The notes under the pieces were generated by a model. That model worked only from the letters and a program-made list of their open reading frames with translations. It did not search any database and was not told the DNA's origin. Of a stretch of 64,000 nucleotides of DNA, positions 36,910-47,025 are shown one piece after another. The number at the start of each line of letters is the position of its first letter. The first letter of the stretch is position 1. The stretch comes from a virus (lineage: Duplodnaviria; Caudoviricetes). Position numbers and translations under genes: made by a program. Location: positions 35,900 to 99,899 of IMG/VR virus record IMGVR_UViG_3300020049_007105, one strand, 5' to 3'.

Positions 36910-38459
36910 GTACACGTAGCCGTTTCAAGAGGATGCCCGAAGAAAAGCTTTGGGTTCTCTACAAGGATTCAAAACACAAGGATTCACGAGGAGCACAGGA
37001 GGAGATTGCACGGAGGTATTACAATCTTGTAGAAAAGGCAGCAGGCAAGAAGTATGCTGGCACACCAAAAAGCGTAAGTTTGGATGAACTCCAATCTGAT
37101 GCACAACTGGGTCTCCATGACGCTATGAAGCGTTATGACCCAAGTGTCGGTGCGCCTTTTGGAAGCTGGGCCTACCTAAAGATGACTGGACATATGCAGG
37201 ATGGCCTTCGTCGCCTGGCCAGTCTGAAGTCTGCACCTATCACTAATGCCGATGTTCCTATCGAACATCTTGAGTCAGAGGAGGACTGGGACGCTGACAC
37301 GTCTATTAAGGCCAGGATGAACACGGCTACCCGTGAGATTCAGAAGGCCGTAATCAATCTCTCTGAGAGAGAGCTGGACCTCATGCTGGAGATTCTTGGA
37401 AACAAGAAAGCTCTGGACGGTAAAATTCACCGGGCTAAAATTGAAGGCCCCGAATGCGTACACGCTTTTGACAAGATTCTTTGGAGTATCGTAATGAAGA
37501 AAGACACTATCGCTAACCTCAATAAGAACGAGAAGGGTAAGGCTCGACCGTTTGAGATTCAACAGATTTCTGACCTCGACCTGAAGGACCCAGAGTTCTT
37601 CCCTACTGGTGTTCTCCAGATTGATGAGAAGCTTGGGGGTGGTTTCGCTAAGGGTCGTATCGTTGAATTGTATGGCATGGAGGGTTCAGGTAAGACAAGC
37701 TTGAGCCTCACTGCTGCCGGTGTTGCCCAAAAGGCTGGCGTGAACTGCCTCCTGTATGACCTTGAGTCTACATTTGACCGCAAGTTCTCAACCAAACTCG
37801 GTGTTGATGTGGACAAGTTGTTCTACACGACTGGTGGTATTGCTGAGGATGCTTTGGAGTCTGTGATTGCTGCGGCTGAGACTGGTGAGTTTGGCATTAT
37901 CATTGTGGATTCTGTTGCGGCCTTGATGAGCCGTGCAGAGTTTGAGGGTGAGATTGGTCAGGCCAACATTGGTGCTGTGGCTCGTATCCTTGGCCAGGCT
38001 ATGCGGAAGCTCGCAAAGATCGCTGCTGAGTCTGGTACCACTGTCATCTTTATCAACCAGCTTCGTGACAATGTGGGTGGCTTCACTGGACCATCTAAGA
38101 TCACTCCAGGAGGTAAGGCTCTTAGGTTCTTTGCTTCTCAGCGCATTGAGGTTGTTGGTAACATCGGCCAGATTAAGAAGGGTGATGTTACTGTTGGTAA
38201 GAAGACCCTTATGAAGGTCATTAAGAACAAGCTTGCTTCACCAATGCAGCAGTGTGAGGTTGAGTTCTATTTTGAGTCGGGCTACAGCAATGGTGACTAT
38301 CTGCTCGACATTGCTATTAAGGAGGGTAGGATTGCTCAGAAGGGAGCATGGTTCTATGACGGTGAGACTGGAGAGAAAATTGGGCAGGGTCGAGCGAAGG
38401 CTTTCGATTGGCTTGAAGAGCAGGAAGGGGTGGCTGGAGAAGGTTCGGCACCTGCTTAA
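36906..38459 (+). CDS. recA: Sigma70-family (FliA/WhiG-like) sigma domain fused in frame to RecA
   Basis: aa 1-196: ELQSDAQLGLHDAMKRYDP..GAPFGSWA...GHMQDGLR (region 2) and LSERE. From M197 (37494): GRIVELYGMEGSGKT, IIVDSVAAL, IFINQLR, TPGGKALRFFAS, KNKLA, KGAWF. Confidence 0.9.
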   Translation: MSTRSRFKRMPEEKLWVLYKDSKHKDSRGAQEEIARRYYNLVEKAAGKKYAGTPKSVSLDELQSDAQLGLHDAMKRYDPSVGAPFGSWAYLKMTGHMQDGLRRLASLKSAPITNADVPIEHLESEEDWDADTSIKARMNTATREIQKAVINLSERELDLMLEILGNKKALDGKIHRAKIEGPECVHAFDKILWSIVMKKDTIANLNKNEKGKARPFEIQQISDLDLKDPEFFPTGVLQIDEKLGGGFAKGRIVELYGMEGSGKTSLSLTAAGVAQKAGVNCLLYDLESTFDRKFSTKLGVDVDKLFYTTGGIAEDALESVIAAAETGEFGIIIVDSVAALMSRAEFEGEIGQANIGAVARILGQAMRKLAKIAAESGTTVIFINQLRDNVGGFTGPSKITPGGKALRFFASQRIEVVGNIGQIKKGDVTVGKKTLMKVIKNKLASPMQQCEVEFYFESGYSNGDYLLDIAIKEGRIAQKGAWFYDGETGEKIGQGRAKAFDWLEEQEGVAGEGSAPA

Positions 38460-38507
38460 GGTCGGCACCCCCTCTGACGATGACTAGCAGGGCGTAAACC
38501 TGAGAAC

Positions 38508-38550
38508 GCAAAAAGCCCCCGGTGATTTCTCACCGGGGGCTTTGCCATTT
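38508..38550. terminator. Bidirectional intrinsic terminator where the two arms converge
   Basis: AAAGCCCCCGGTGA-TTTC-TCACCGGGGGCTTT with A/T tracts on both sides. Confidence 0.9.
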
Positions 38551-38584
38551 ACTCTAAGTTGTTTCAGTGGCGTTCATCCTGTGG

Positions 38585-40097
38585 CTATGAGCCGTATTCC
38601 GAGGGGTAGAAAGCGATACGCACAATTTTATCAGCCAGGACACGGGCTTCGGTCTCAGTCTCGCACTCCAAATATGCAGAGCCCCCGCCGTTCAAAAGGA
38701 TGTTAACCTCAGTGGTGGTGCCCAAGACCTCAACCTTCACCCCAGAGATGCAGTCGGCCCTGAGGTGCAAGTTGGGCCGAACATAGACAACCTTCGGGCC
38801 TCCTTCTCCAACTTCGTTAATGTCACTAGCCTTAGTCAAATTACTCATACTTTTCTCTCTTCCTTTAGTTTGTTAACATCTACTGCCACTAGGGCAAGGG
38901 CAATTCCGATACAAACACAACAGTAGGCACTCACTGCCACTCCTACTGTGCCGCCTACATGGTACCACAGCACCGCTCCAAGGATTGCCAGCGGCAGTGC
39001 AAACAGCATCGAGGCAATTCGTTTACGTGTGTCCATGAGTTAGTCGTCTCCAAAAAGTCGGACTACTGACGCATGGATGAGCTTGACCATCAAGAACACC
39101 GGCCACAGGAAGTACATCAAGAAGCAGGCAATGAAGAGTCCCCACCAGAAGAAGCAGGCAATGAAGGGTCCCCACCAGTCATTCTTAGCTGGATGGATGT
39201 ACTCTCCATCCCAAACCACATAGACAAGAACCACCCAGAGGGTGCTCAACATAGCATAGAGCAGAATAAAGTAAATCATTTGGACTCCTTCTTGTTTTTG
39301 AGGCTTTCGAGCCTCTTCTTTGACGAACAGGTGAGTAGTACTACTATCAACCCAAATGGCAGAAAGATGGGCCAGAAACAGAAAAGGACTCCTGCATAAT
39401 ATCTAGCCGTCCAGTCATCTTCAAAAAGAGAGAGCCTTTCTGCAACATATAGCCACAATGTGACTCTATAGCATATGTACCCGATAAAAAAGTACCCGGC
39501 GATCCACAGTGCGACAATCATTCTGTTTCCCACACTCCAAACGTACTGTTCCACTTTACAGGCTTCCATTCTGAACCCAACGGTCTGCCAACCATCGCTG
39601 AGATAAAGAGACTAACAGCGAACTCAGTCGCAGAGATGTGGCCATATTCTGTGAACCTCCAGGTTGCGAAGCCAATCCAGAACAGGAGGCCGATCAGGCC
39701 AAGCCACCACTCGAAAGGTTGAACTCTCATTCGGGCTGGTAGGCTTGGTAGCAATCGCAGGCCATCAATGAACTTTTTCATTACTGCTCCTTAGCTAAAA
39801 TGGTGTGTAAATGAAGCCGCCGATAATAGCGTCTTGCATTAAGATCAATCTGTTGATTCTCTTACGGTGACTCTTGATATTTTTGTGAGCTTTTTTCAAT
39901 TGCTTTCGGCTCTCAGCCAGCCCTTCTCTTGCTTCTGCCCATCCTTTAAGGTCAGAAGTGTTAGACACTAGAACCAACTTACCCTCCCAGTGCCAAGCCT
40001 GATGTTCCAAGCTGGGAATCCAGTCGAGCCTATTGTTCATGGCTTCGGTGTGTTCTTCTATACGGTCCTGTAAGTCTTGAAGTCCTTCCTCATCCAT
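38585..40097 (-). CDS. Six small genes, four of them membrane proteins (38585-38848, 38845-39036, 39040-39279, 39276-39521, 39518-39781, 39795-40097)
   Basis: ATGA-coupled chain; long hydrophobic segments; 39795-40097 is a coiled coil. Confidence 0.6.
39119..39178. repeat. 30-bp tandem duplication inside a membrane protein gene
   Basis: AAGAAGCAGGCAATGAAG(A/G)GTCCCCACCAG twice, encoding WWG(P/L)FIACF(F/L). Confidence 0.85.
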
Positions 40098-40110
40098 ATT
40101 GGCTCTTTCC

Positions 40111-40671
40111 TCATGGCTTCTGTTTGAATACGGTTGGGCGACCCCCGAGCGTGGCAGACTCACGGCGTGCAATAATTCCTTCAACACGCTGTGTCCACGC
40201 TAGACCTGCCCTCAGCTCCTCTAGGGCCTCCACTGACGGCTGTTCGCCTGAAGTCAAGGAGGGGAGTAGCCGAAGCTCAGCCCGCCCCAACAGGAGGCCG
40301 CTAGGAGACATGGAGTGTCGAGCAGTCCAGCTCAGGTTAGACAGCTTCTTACCATCCAACACGAAGGTATCAAACACCCACAGGTTTCCGCTCAGGAGTT
40401 CGCAATCATAGATTGCGAAACTTCCCTGGCACCCTGACTTGTAGTGATCCCCCGACTCACCTACGGCTTCATAGCTTAGCTGTCCGTAGAGCTTCTGGTT
40501 CTTGGACAGCAGTAGTGCTCCGGTTGGAGCGACCACTGCAATACAGCGCTTGCCATCAATCTTGGGCTGATAAACCCAATCTCCTTCCTTGAAAGGCATA
40601 GTTTCTGTTGTGGTTTTGGGTGTAGGCATAACTGAATATGCCCAGTCCACCAATTCCTTGTGGTTTGTCAT
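40111..40671 (-). CDS. ATP-dependent ligase, nucleotidyltransferase domain only
   Basis: Motif I QPKIDG.R, III YDCEL, IIIa VFD, IV EGIIAR, V FKQKP then stop; RBS AGGAG before ATG 40671. Confidence 0.85.
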   Translation of the reverse strand: MTNHKELVDWAYSVMPTPKTTTETMPFKEGDWVYQPKIDGKRCIAVVAPTGALLLSKNQKLYGQLSYEAVGESGDHYKSGCQGSFAIYDCELLSGNLWVFDTFVLDGKKLSNLSWTARHSMSPSGLLLGRAELRLLPSLTSGEQPSVEALEELRAGLAWTQRVEGIIARRESATLGGRPTVFKQKP

Positions 40672-40700
40672 ACATTCTCCTGTTTGCTTTGACACTAAGG

Positions 40701-41471
40701 TTAACCCAGGATTGAAGCGAGAAGGTCATCCATGGAATCATTCTCGACCCGCTCGGGGTTCTCTTCGTGATCAATACCCCAATGCTTCTTGGTGACACGA
40801 CGTGCAATGTCCGCAACAGACTGAAAGGATGGCATCTCATAGGCGTTTGCAGCCTCAGAAGACATCTTGGCAATCAGAGCCTGAGCCTTATCCCCAGGTA
40901 GCTCAGCCACCTCAGGACGGGGAGGGAGATCATTGCCGGATTTAACATCTTTCTTGGGCTGGATGGCAACGAACATCAGGTACCCGTTCCAGACCTGGAG
41001 CTGGTAAACACTCTCAACACTCTTCAGGTTCATTTCTGAGGTGATGAATGCCCCCTCTTCCACCATTCGGTAGATTGCAGAGTAGGCATTCTCAGCATGA
41101 GTTGGAGTAAAGATGTAGTAGGCACCAGTAGCCAAGGTTTCTGCTGGCGCCTGTGAAACAACACCAGTAAAAGACTTCGGCTTGATCGAGACCTTCAAAC
41201 TATTGATTTGCTCTTGGGTGACTTGGATGCGAGGGTTGGGGATGTACGGCTCATCATTCTTGATCTCAATAACCCTGCCGCACTCACTAGGTAAAAGAAT
41301 TTCGCCCTTCTCATTCACATAGCGTTGCTCAACTGGTCCACCATCAGCAGGGTCACACATATGAAACGTGGAGTCCAAACTGCGATTACTTTTCTTTACC
41401 GTATAAAGGGTCCCCATGGTGGAAAGCCCACCCACTGTTACAAATACGTTCGTAAGATATGCTCGTGCCAT
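40701..41471 (-). CDS. Ku-like DNA end-binding protein
   Basis: LYTV...STFHMC....GPVEQRYV, YYIFTP......YSAI, LIAKM and C-terminal DDLLASIL follow the prokaryotic Ku layout; adjacent to a ligase. Confidence 0.65.
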   Translation of the reverse strand: MARAYLTNVFVTVGGLSTMGTLYTVKKSNRSLDSTFHMCDPADGGPVEQRYVNEKGEILLPSECGRVIEIKNDEPYIPNPRIQVTQEQINSLKVSIKPKSFTGVVSQAPAETLATGAYYIFTPTHAENAYSAIYRMVEEGAFITSEMNLKSVESVYQLQVWNGYLMFVAIQPKKDVKSGNDLPPRPEVAELPGDKAQALIAKMSSEAANAYEMPSFQSVADIARRVTKKHWGIDHEENPERVENDSMDDLLASILG

Positions 41472-41474
41472 AAC

Positions 41475-41699
41475 TCAGCCTCCTTGGCCGTTGTGAATAA
41501 TTCGGTCATAATGATGACCCTCTGCAATGCCGTCCGCAACAGAAATGGTTGCATCGGGGATTGCCCAATTGTCTTTAAAGAGACGCTTAAAACCACACGT
41601 CTTGCATTCGATCACTACATCATCGGTTCCCACAAGGGGCTCAACGAAAATGTTCTCAAGCGGGCATCGGTTGATGCGGTTCTTGTACTGATCACCCAT
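41475..41699 (-). CDS. Small Zn-ribbon protein
   Basis: IECKTCG...HH. Confidence 0.5.
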   Translation of the reverse strand: MGDQYKNRINRCPLENIFVEPLVGTDDVVIECKTCGFKRLFKDNWAIPDATISVADGIAEGHHYDRIIHNGQGG

Positions 41700-41790
41700 A
41701 TCATCTTCTTTCTCGAAAAAGGAAGAGGCCGCAGATTATCTCTACGACCCCTTCCTTGGATTATTTGGTTTGGCAGGCACCTCGTTCAGG

Positions 41791-42276
41791 TCACAGCTCG
41801 ACCAGCTCCAACACACGGGCACGGGAAGCGGTCGCCTTGGCATCGCTCACGGAGAAGGTCATCGTCCAAGTGGAGTCACCCTCATGGCGAACGTAGGCAG
41901 CAACCTTGTTGCCGTGGCCATCGTCACCAGTGCCTCGGAAAGACAGGACGCTGGAGCCCTTACGCTCAACCTTGGTCATGTCACCAACATCCTCACCGTC
42001 GAGAACAATGCTCGTCGGCACGGCATCGGCAGGTGCCGAGAAAGCGATGGGGGCACTGGTGCCCTCACCTCGCACACCGACAGGAACCAGGATGACCTGC
42101 CCCTTGTCGTTCTTGCGGAACTTCAGCTCAGGAACCGGAGCGCCGAGGAACTTGCCGTCAACATTCATCTTGATGTGGAAGGTCTGGCCAACAGTAGGCG
42201 CCAGGGCCTCGTTGGTAAGCTCGTCGGTCTCGGTCTTAGCGGTAGCGGTCTTGGTGGTGTTCTTGGCGTTGGTCAT
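41791..42276 (-). CDS. Hypothetical early protein, probably highly expressed
   Basis: Own strong promoter, RBS TAGGAG, GC3-biased codons. Confidence 0.7.
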   Translation of the reverse strand: MTNAKNTTKTATAKTETDELTNEALAPTVGQTFHIKMNVDGKFLGAPVPELKFRKNDKGQVILVPVGVRGEGTSAPIAFSAPADAVPTSIVLDGEDVGDMTKVERKGSSVLSFRGTGDDGHGNKVAAYVRHEGDSTWTMTFSVSDAKATASRARVLELVEL

Positions 42277-42386
42277 AATATTTCTCCTATTTTGTGGTTG
42301 GTTTTCTTGGTTTGGGCAGTGTGCCCGTTCCCCCGGTATCGGACCGGGGAGACTGTTGCAACAACCTCGCTGGGTTGATTTGGGGT

Positions 42387-42415
42387 ACCCTACAGCACCC
42401 GGTAGAGCTTGTCAA
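42387..42415 (-). promoter_or_regulatory. Strong host primary-sigma promoter
   Basis: TTGACA-N17-TAGGGT on the - strand. Confidence 0.8.
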
Positions 42416-42461
42416 GCTGTTCTGGAAATTCTTTGGAAGCCTTGCTGGTGACCAGTGCTCC

Positions 42462-42791
42462 CTAGGGGTTCTGGTCAGCGCTTGCTGTGGCGACCTCCTT
42501 AGTGCAGCGCTGGTCATTAGGGACCACCGCTACCGTACCTGATCCTCTGTTGTTTTTGGTGAGGGGGGAGTAGACCATGTTCTGGCCGTCACACTTGGCA
42601 GCCACACTGGGGTAGTTATAAGGGAAGTTGATCCGTCGAGCAGGTTCGTTGTTCTCTCCTGAAACCTCGGTGTCACTGTCATACTTGCTGACCGACCCCT
42701 TCTCTGGCATGACGCCTTTTGAATCGCTGCCGCATCCTGCGACTAGGGCAGCGACACCGACCAGGGCGACAAGGGCGCTACGCTTCATCAT
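42462..42791 (-). CDS. Lipoprotein
   Basis: MKRSALVALVGVAALVAGC lipobox. Confidence 0.75.
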   Translation of the reverse strand: MMKRSALVALVGVAALVAGCGSDSKGVMPEKGSVSKYDSDTEVSGENNEPARRINFPYNYPSVAAKCDGQNMVYSPLTKNNRGSGTVAVVPNDQRCTKEVATASADQNP

Positions 42792-43003
42792 GCGTACCAC
42801 TTCTCGATGCCAACCTCTTCGCAAGCAAGAACATCTGCTGCAAAGTCAGCCATACCCTTAACCTTACCACTAGCAATGAGAGTTAGGGCATCAACGTAAA
42901 TCCTGTCTAGCGCCCAGTGGGCGCCTTCTGGATCAGTATCAGGCCCAGTGTCCACAAACTCTGACACTCGCTTCCGGATTGTCTCGGTTGTAATCTCTTT
43001 CAT
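42788..43003 (-). CDS. Hypothetical protein
   Basis: AAGGAG RBS; follows the promoter at 43035-43063. Confidence 0.6.
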   Translation of the reverse strand: MKEITTETIRKRVSEFVDTGPDTDPEGAHWALDRIYVDALTLIASGKVKGMADFAADVLACEEVGIEKWYA

Positions 43004-43034
43004 GGTTTCTCCTTCGTGGTCAACTTGTCTATGG

Positions 43035-43063
43035 ACAGTACACAGCCTCCAAGCAAAATGCAA
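43035..43063 (-). promoter_or_regulatory. Host primary-sigma promoter inside an inverted repeat
   Basis: TTGCAT-N17-TACTGT on the - strand. Confidence 0.65.
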
Positions 43064-43202
43064 GGAGGCTGTGTAGGTTTCTTTTGGATTGACTGTGAGC
43101 CGCTGTGTGGCTCTGTGAGAGGCGCTGAGCTGTGCCCGCACCAACCCCCGCCCCAATGCCCTTAGCGCTCACTGTGGGGCCACTGAGGGGTCGTGAGGGT
43201 GG

Positions 43203-44658
43203 CTAGCCGGTGGGCTCCTCAGTGGTGAAGGGGATGCCGTGGCGCTCCAACGCTCGCTCACAAGCACCCTCCCCATTGTCCCGGTCATAGAGCCGAGTGC
43301 CGGTACCCTCATCAGTGAGACCAATCTTCATAATTCGACCCTTGAGGTAGTCGAAGTAAGGAGAGTTCTCCAAAAGGGTTTCTGCCTCCATGGGCGTCAT
43401 CATCTCAGGGTCGAATTGACGGAAACCCATGCCTTGGGGCTTGCTTTCGTTGTAGAGAGCGGCCAAAGCTGCTGGTCGCCAGGACTTCTCAATAAAAATG
43501 GTGTCTGTCATGTTACTTACCTTCCTTGCAGTCGGGGTGGTTGGCCACAGTAGAAATACTGTAGGGCCAGGTGCTCGTTGAATAAATCATAGTCGTTTTG
43601 TCACATTCCTTTTCGATATCATTTTCTAGTGTTAAGAGAGTTGCAACAAGCATACTTAGGTAAATAAAGCCAGCTACTAGAGCACAAATCAGTGCCAAAA
43701 ACCATTTCATCATATCATTCTCCTTTTTAAGCTTGAATACAATTAATCAGGGCTCGCCGCTCCTGGTCAATCTTTACTGGGTCAATATCAAAGAACTCAT
43801 ACATGATTGCTTCATGACTTCTCATGATGGGGTTCAGGTGTTCTGAATACTCATCGCTATCATATTCAGCAATCTCCCACCCCTTGCCAGTGATCCAGTC
43901 CAGGAAGTCTTGAATAACCATGGTTCGGCCAGACTTCCCTAGTTCTGTCAGCCGCTCCAGTTCAGGATATGTGGTTACTTCAGATTCAGTGGTCATATTG
44001 TTTCCTTTGTTTGGTGTGTGGTTTTATCGAAGAAGTTGTTCAACTTTATGAAGCAAGGCTTCAGCGTCATAGTCTGATCTATTCTGAGCACGGTAAAGAA
44101 CATCGCCAAAGTCGGTCCCGGAAGAATTCGCCTCCCGAGCCACAACAACCATAATAGTGTCAACAGCCTGACTGGTAATTTGTTCAGCTATGGTGACGAT
44201 TCTGTCAGCAGTTTGATCAATCAAATCTTCCATTACTTAATCTCCTTTGGTCCAAACTTAGAATACTTCCAGCGCTCAAACATAATCATCTGTCGCACAA
44301 TACCTGAGCCCCAATACTTGGCGCTAAACAGCACCAGATAAACTTCCTTTGCTAAAGCCCACGCCTCCTTCTCGTTATCAGTCCAGAGGAAAGGGTGCTT
44401 AGCAGCAATAATGGGAACAAGAGCAAGCTGGTAAACTAGGTTTCTGCGCTCCTCAGGGTTTTGGTCAACCCACCTTTGGATTTCTCTCTTCACAACATAG
44501 GAAGATGTGTAGGCACTGAGCTGGAGGACTAGATGTGTCCGCTCAATTTGGTATTGCTCCCACTTTTGTCGCTGCTTATTTCTAGTGTACTTGTGGTACA
44601 GGTAAACTGAACCAAAGATGATGATCAGGATGATAAAGGTAATCAGGTAAAGAATCAT
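43203..44658 (-). CDS. Five small early genes (43203-43511, 43513-43713, 43727-43996, 44024-44233, 44233-44658)
   Basis: RBS-led or coupled ORFs; two have an N-terminal TM helix. Confidence 0.6.
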
Positions 44659-44685
44659 TTTGTTCTCATTTCGTTGTAGTGTTTC

Positions 44686-44770
44686 AGTCGAGGGTCTGGA
44701 ATCGAACCAGATTCTACTCAAGTCGTTCTAGACCAGCTTGAGTCGCATGACCATTATGCTTCACCTCGGA
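44686..44770 (-). ncRNA. tRNA-like RNA with an elongated, non-canonical anticodon arm
   Basis: D arm GCAT-AATGGTC-ATGC; T arm TCTGG-TTCGATT-CCAGA; acceptor-like CGAGG/CCTCG; ACTCAAG-14 nt-CTTGAGT replaces the anticodon arm. Confidence 0.65.
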
Positions 44771-44773
44771 GAC

Positions 44774-46990
44774 CTAACTGTAGGCCAGTTGGTCTTCTGA
44801 CAAAGGCTCCTTGCCTTCGAGAAATCGCATCAGGTTGGTCTGGGCATTCCGGCAGCAGGTTGGGCTCTCTTCGTCCACCTCATCAAAGAACTCCTGCCAG
44901 GTGTACTCCTTTCCGCAAGAGTGGCAGATGCAATGAGTGAAGCCCAGGTGGAGATTGACTCCCTTAGCGTACATAGGGACTCGCATCAGAGGTATACCTA
45001 AAAGCCAGCATCCGCTCGGCCTGCCCTCCTGGGACGGAGAAAAACCAAGCTTCTCGCAAAGCCTTAAGTTCAGCCAAGCTCTTTACTCGTCGGATATCAC
45101 AGCGGTCAACTCCGGTTCGGACAGCTAGAGCCACCTCTTTGGCCCAAGCATCACGATCTGTGAAGTCGGGCTCAGGGTCATCTATAATCGTAGCGCCCTC
45201 CAGTACTGCCAATGCAACAACAAAACTAGCACTTTCACCACTGTGTGATGCACACCTACTCAGGTGAGCCTCAAGAACCTCAATTGCTTCATCTACCTCT
45301 GATTGAGAAACATTAGCCATATCCATTCTCCTTCTTGTAGTGTTTTTTACCTAAGCTCCGGCGAGCCATTCACCGTAATCCAGCATCAAGTTATCGGCAT
45401 AACTCATACCAGCATCAGCCGCATATTTAAACCACTCTTCAGCATAACCACTTCCCTCAGGGAGTGGGAACAGTCCCGCCTCAACACGGTACGCCAACTG
45501 TTCAATAGCCCCCTCAATAGACTCCTCGACAACTTCGGGGACATCATCATTCTTAAAGCTGTATCCGATCTCGCTGCAAAAAGCATCATCGAAGGCAACT
45601 TCATAGGAAGTCTCCCAGTGAGAAGAGAAAGCGGCCTCAAGCTCACGCTTGACTGCCAGAATGGACTCATCACTAGGGTCAATGTAGTCATACCAAGGCA
45701 GGTCTTTAACGAATCTACCACTGTTGTACTTTGAAAGCGTGGGTTCTGTCACTGAATCACCGCCTCAGCTTCGCTATAATCACCGTCAATGGTAGGAATG
45801 ATAGCCCAACCCTTAGCAGTGCGCTTCTTGCTGAAAAAGAGTTCAAGGAACATGACGCCCTTGGACTCTTCCGTGCCGCCCAGGTCATAAAGAACACCCC
45901 ACTCATCTTTACTTAGAGTGACAAGCCATTCCTCAAAAGACTCCAAGCCCTCAGGTGGGTTGTAATCCTTATCAGGGAACTGTTCGCCAAGGGCTCGCTC
46001 AGCAACCCAGGGAGCATTGCTTAGCTCATCCTCGGCAACCTCTTCAGCCAACTTCTCGGCCTCATTTTCCCAATCCTCAATAAGGGTAGCTAGTTTCTGG
46101 GCAGCCTTAGCCGCTTCAATGACTTCCTCGCCCAGCTTGTAAACCTGCGAGCGAGTACCATTACCCCAGTGCACTGCATTAGCTTGGCGTCGAGTCATTG
46201 ACTCAAAGTCCTCCAAGTTGTCTGGGTCCATCAAATACTCTACCATCCAGTTTGTCATAGTGTAATCCTCATTCCTCTATCGTTCTTAATCCAAGTTGAA
46301 TCTTCAATAACTTCTAGTGGAAATCCGAGCCCATAGATAAGCTCCTCCACGGAGTGCTGAGTTCCTTGCAGTAGAAAAGCCTGGGCTCGGGATTCATGAA
46401 GCGCTTCAATCGCACTATGGATGTGATCAACTGCTTCAGTAAGCTTGTCTATTTCAAGAGGCATAACTCTCCTGGGAGAACAGGTAGTCCAGCTCTTCGG
46501 CTCGAAAATCCCCATTTGCGCTACGCTCTGCTGTCAGATAAAGGGCCTCAATCCAGCGGTTCAGTTCAAGCCAACCTTCTACATAGATGACTCCACCACC
46601 GAGGCTTACCCGGACATACTGATGAACAGGCCCTTTAGAGCCCAGCAGTCCCGACTTCTCAACGGACTTATAGATGGTAATCTTCTTGCCCTTGTAGTCG
46701 GATGTAAAGGTGTTGGGGTTATCATGTGTCCAAATCAGTTCACCCTTTAAGGTTCGACGGTGAAGTTCCTGTAAGCGCACACCTCGACTTGTCATACGAT
46801 TCTCCTTGGTTTGAATTGTTGTAAAAGCTATTGGTTACTTGGCCGTGACCTGCTGATACAGCCAGATACATCCGAGAACGGTTCCAGTGATCAGAGCAAC
46901 GCTCCAGATAAGGCTGATCAGGAGTGAGATTCGAAGCCACCCTACGGCTGCCTTCTCGGTACCAGATGAACGTCGATTATAGTTTGCCAT
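44774..46990 (-). CDS. Seven small early genes (44774-44986, 44964-45326, 45351-45752, 45749-46258, 46255-46515, 46454-46795, 46835-46990)
   Basis: Coupled or RBS-led ORFs, several strongly acidic. Confidence 0.6.
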
Positions 46991-47025
46991 GTTATTCTCC
47001 TTGTTTGTTGTGAACATTAACTGAG

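Noticed and set aside
44723-44736. Amber suppressor tRNA and TAG recoding
   Set aside because: CUA is not in a canonical 7-nt loop. Long genes have no internal TAG, and TAG ends genes at expected places (14090, 33192).
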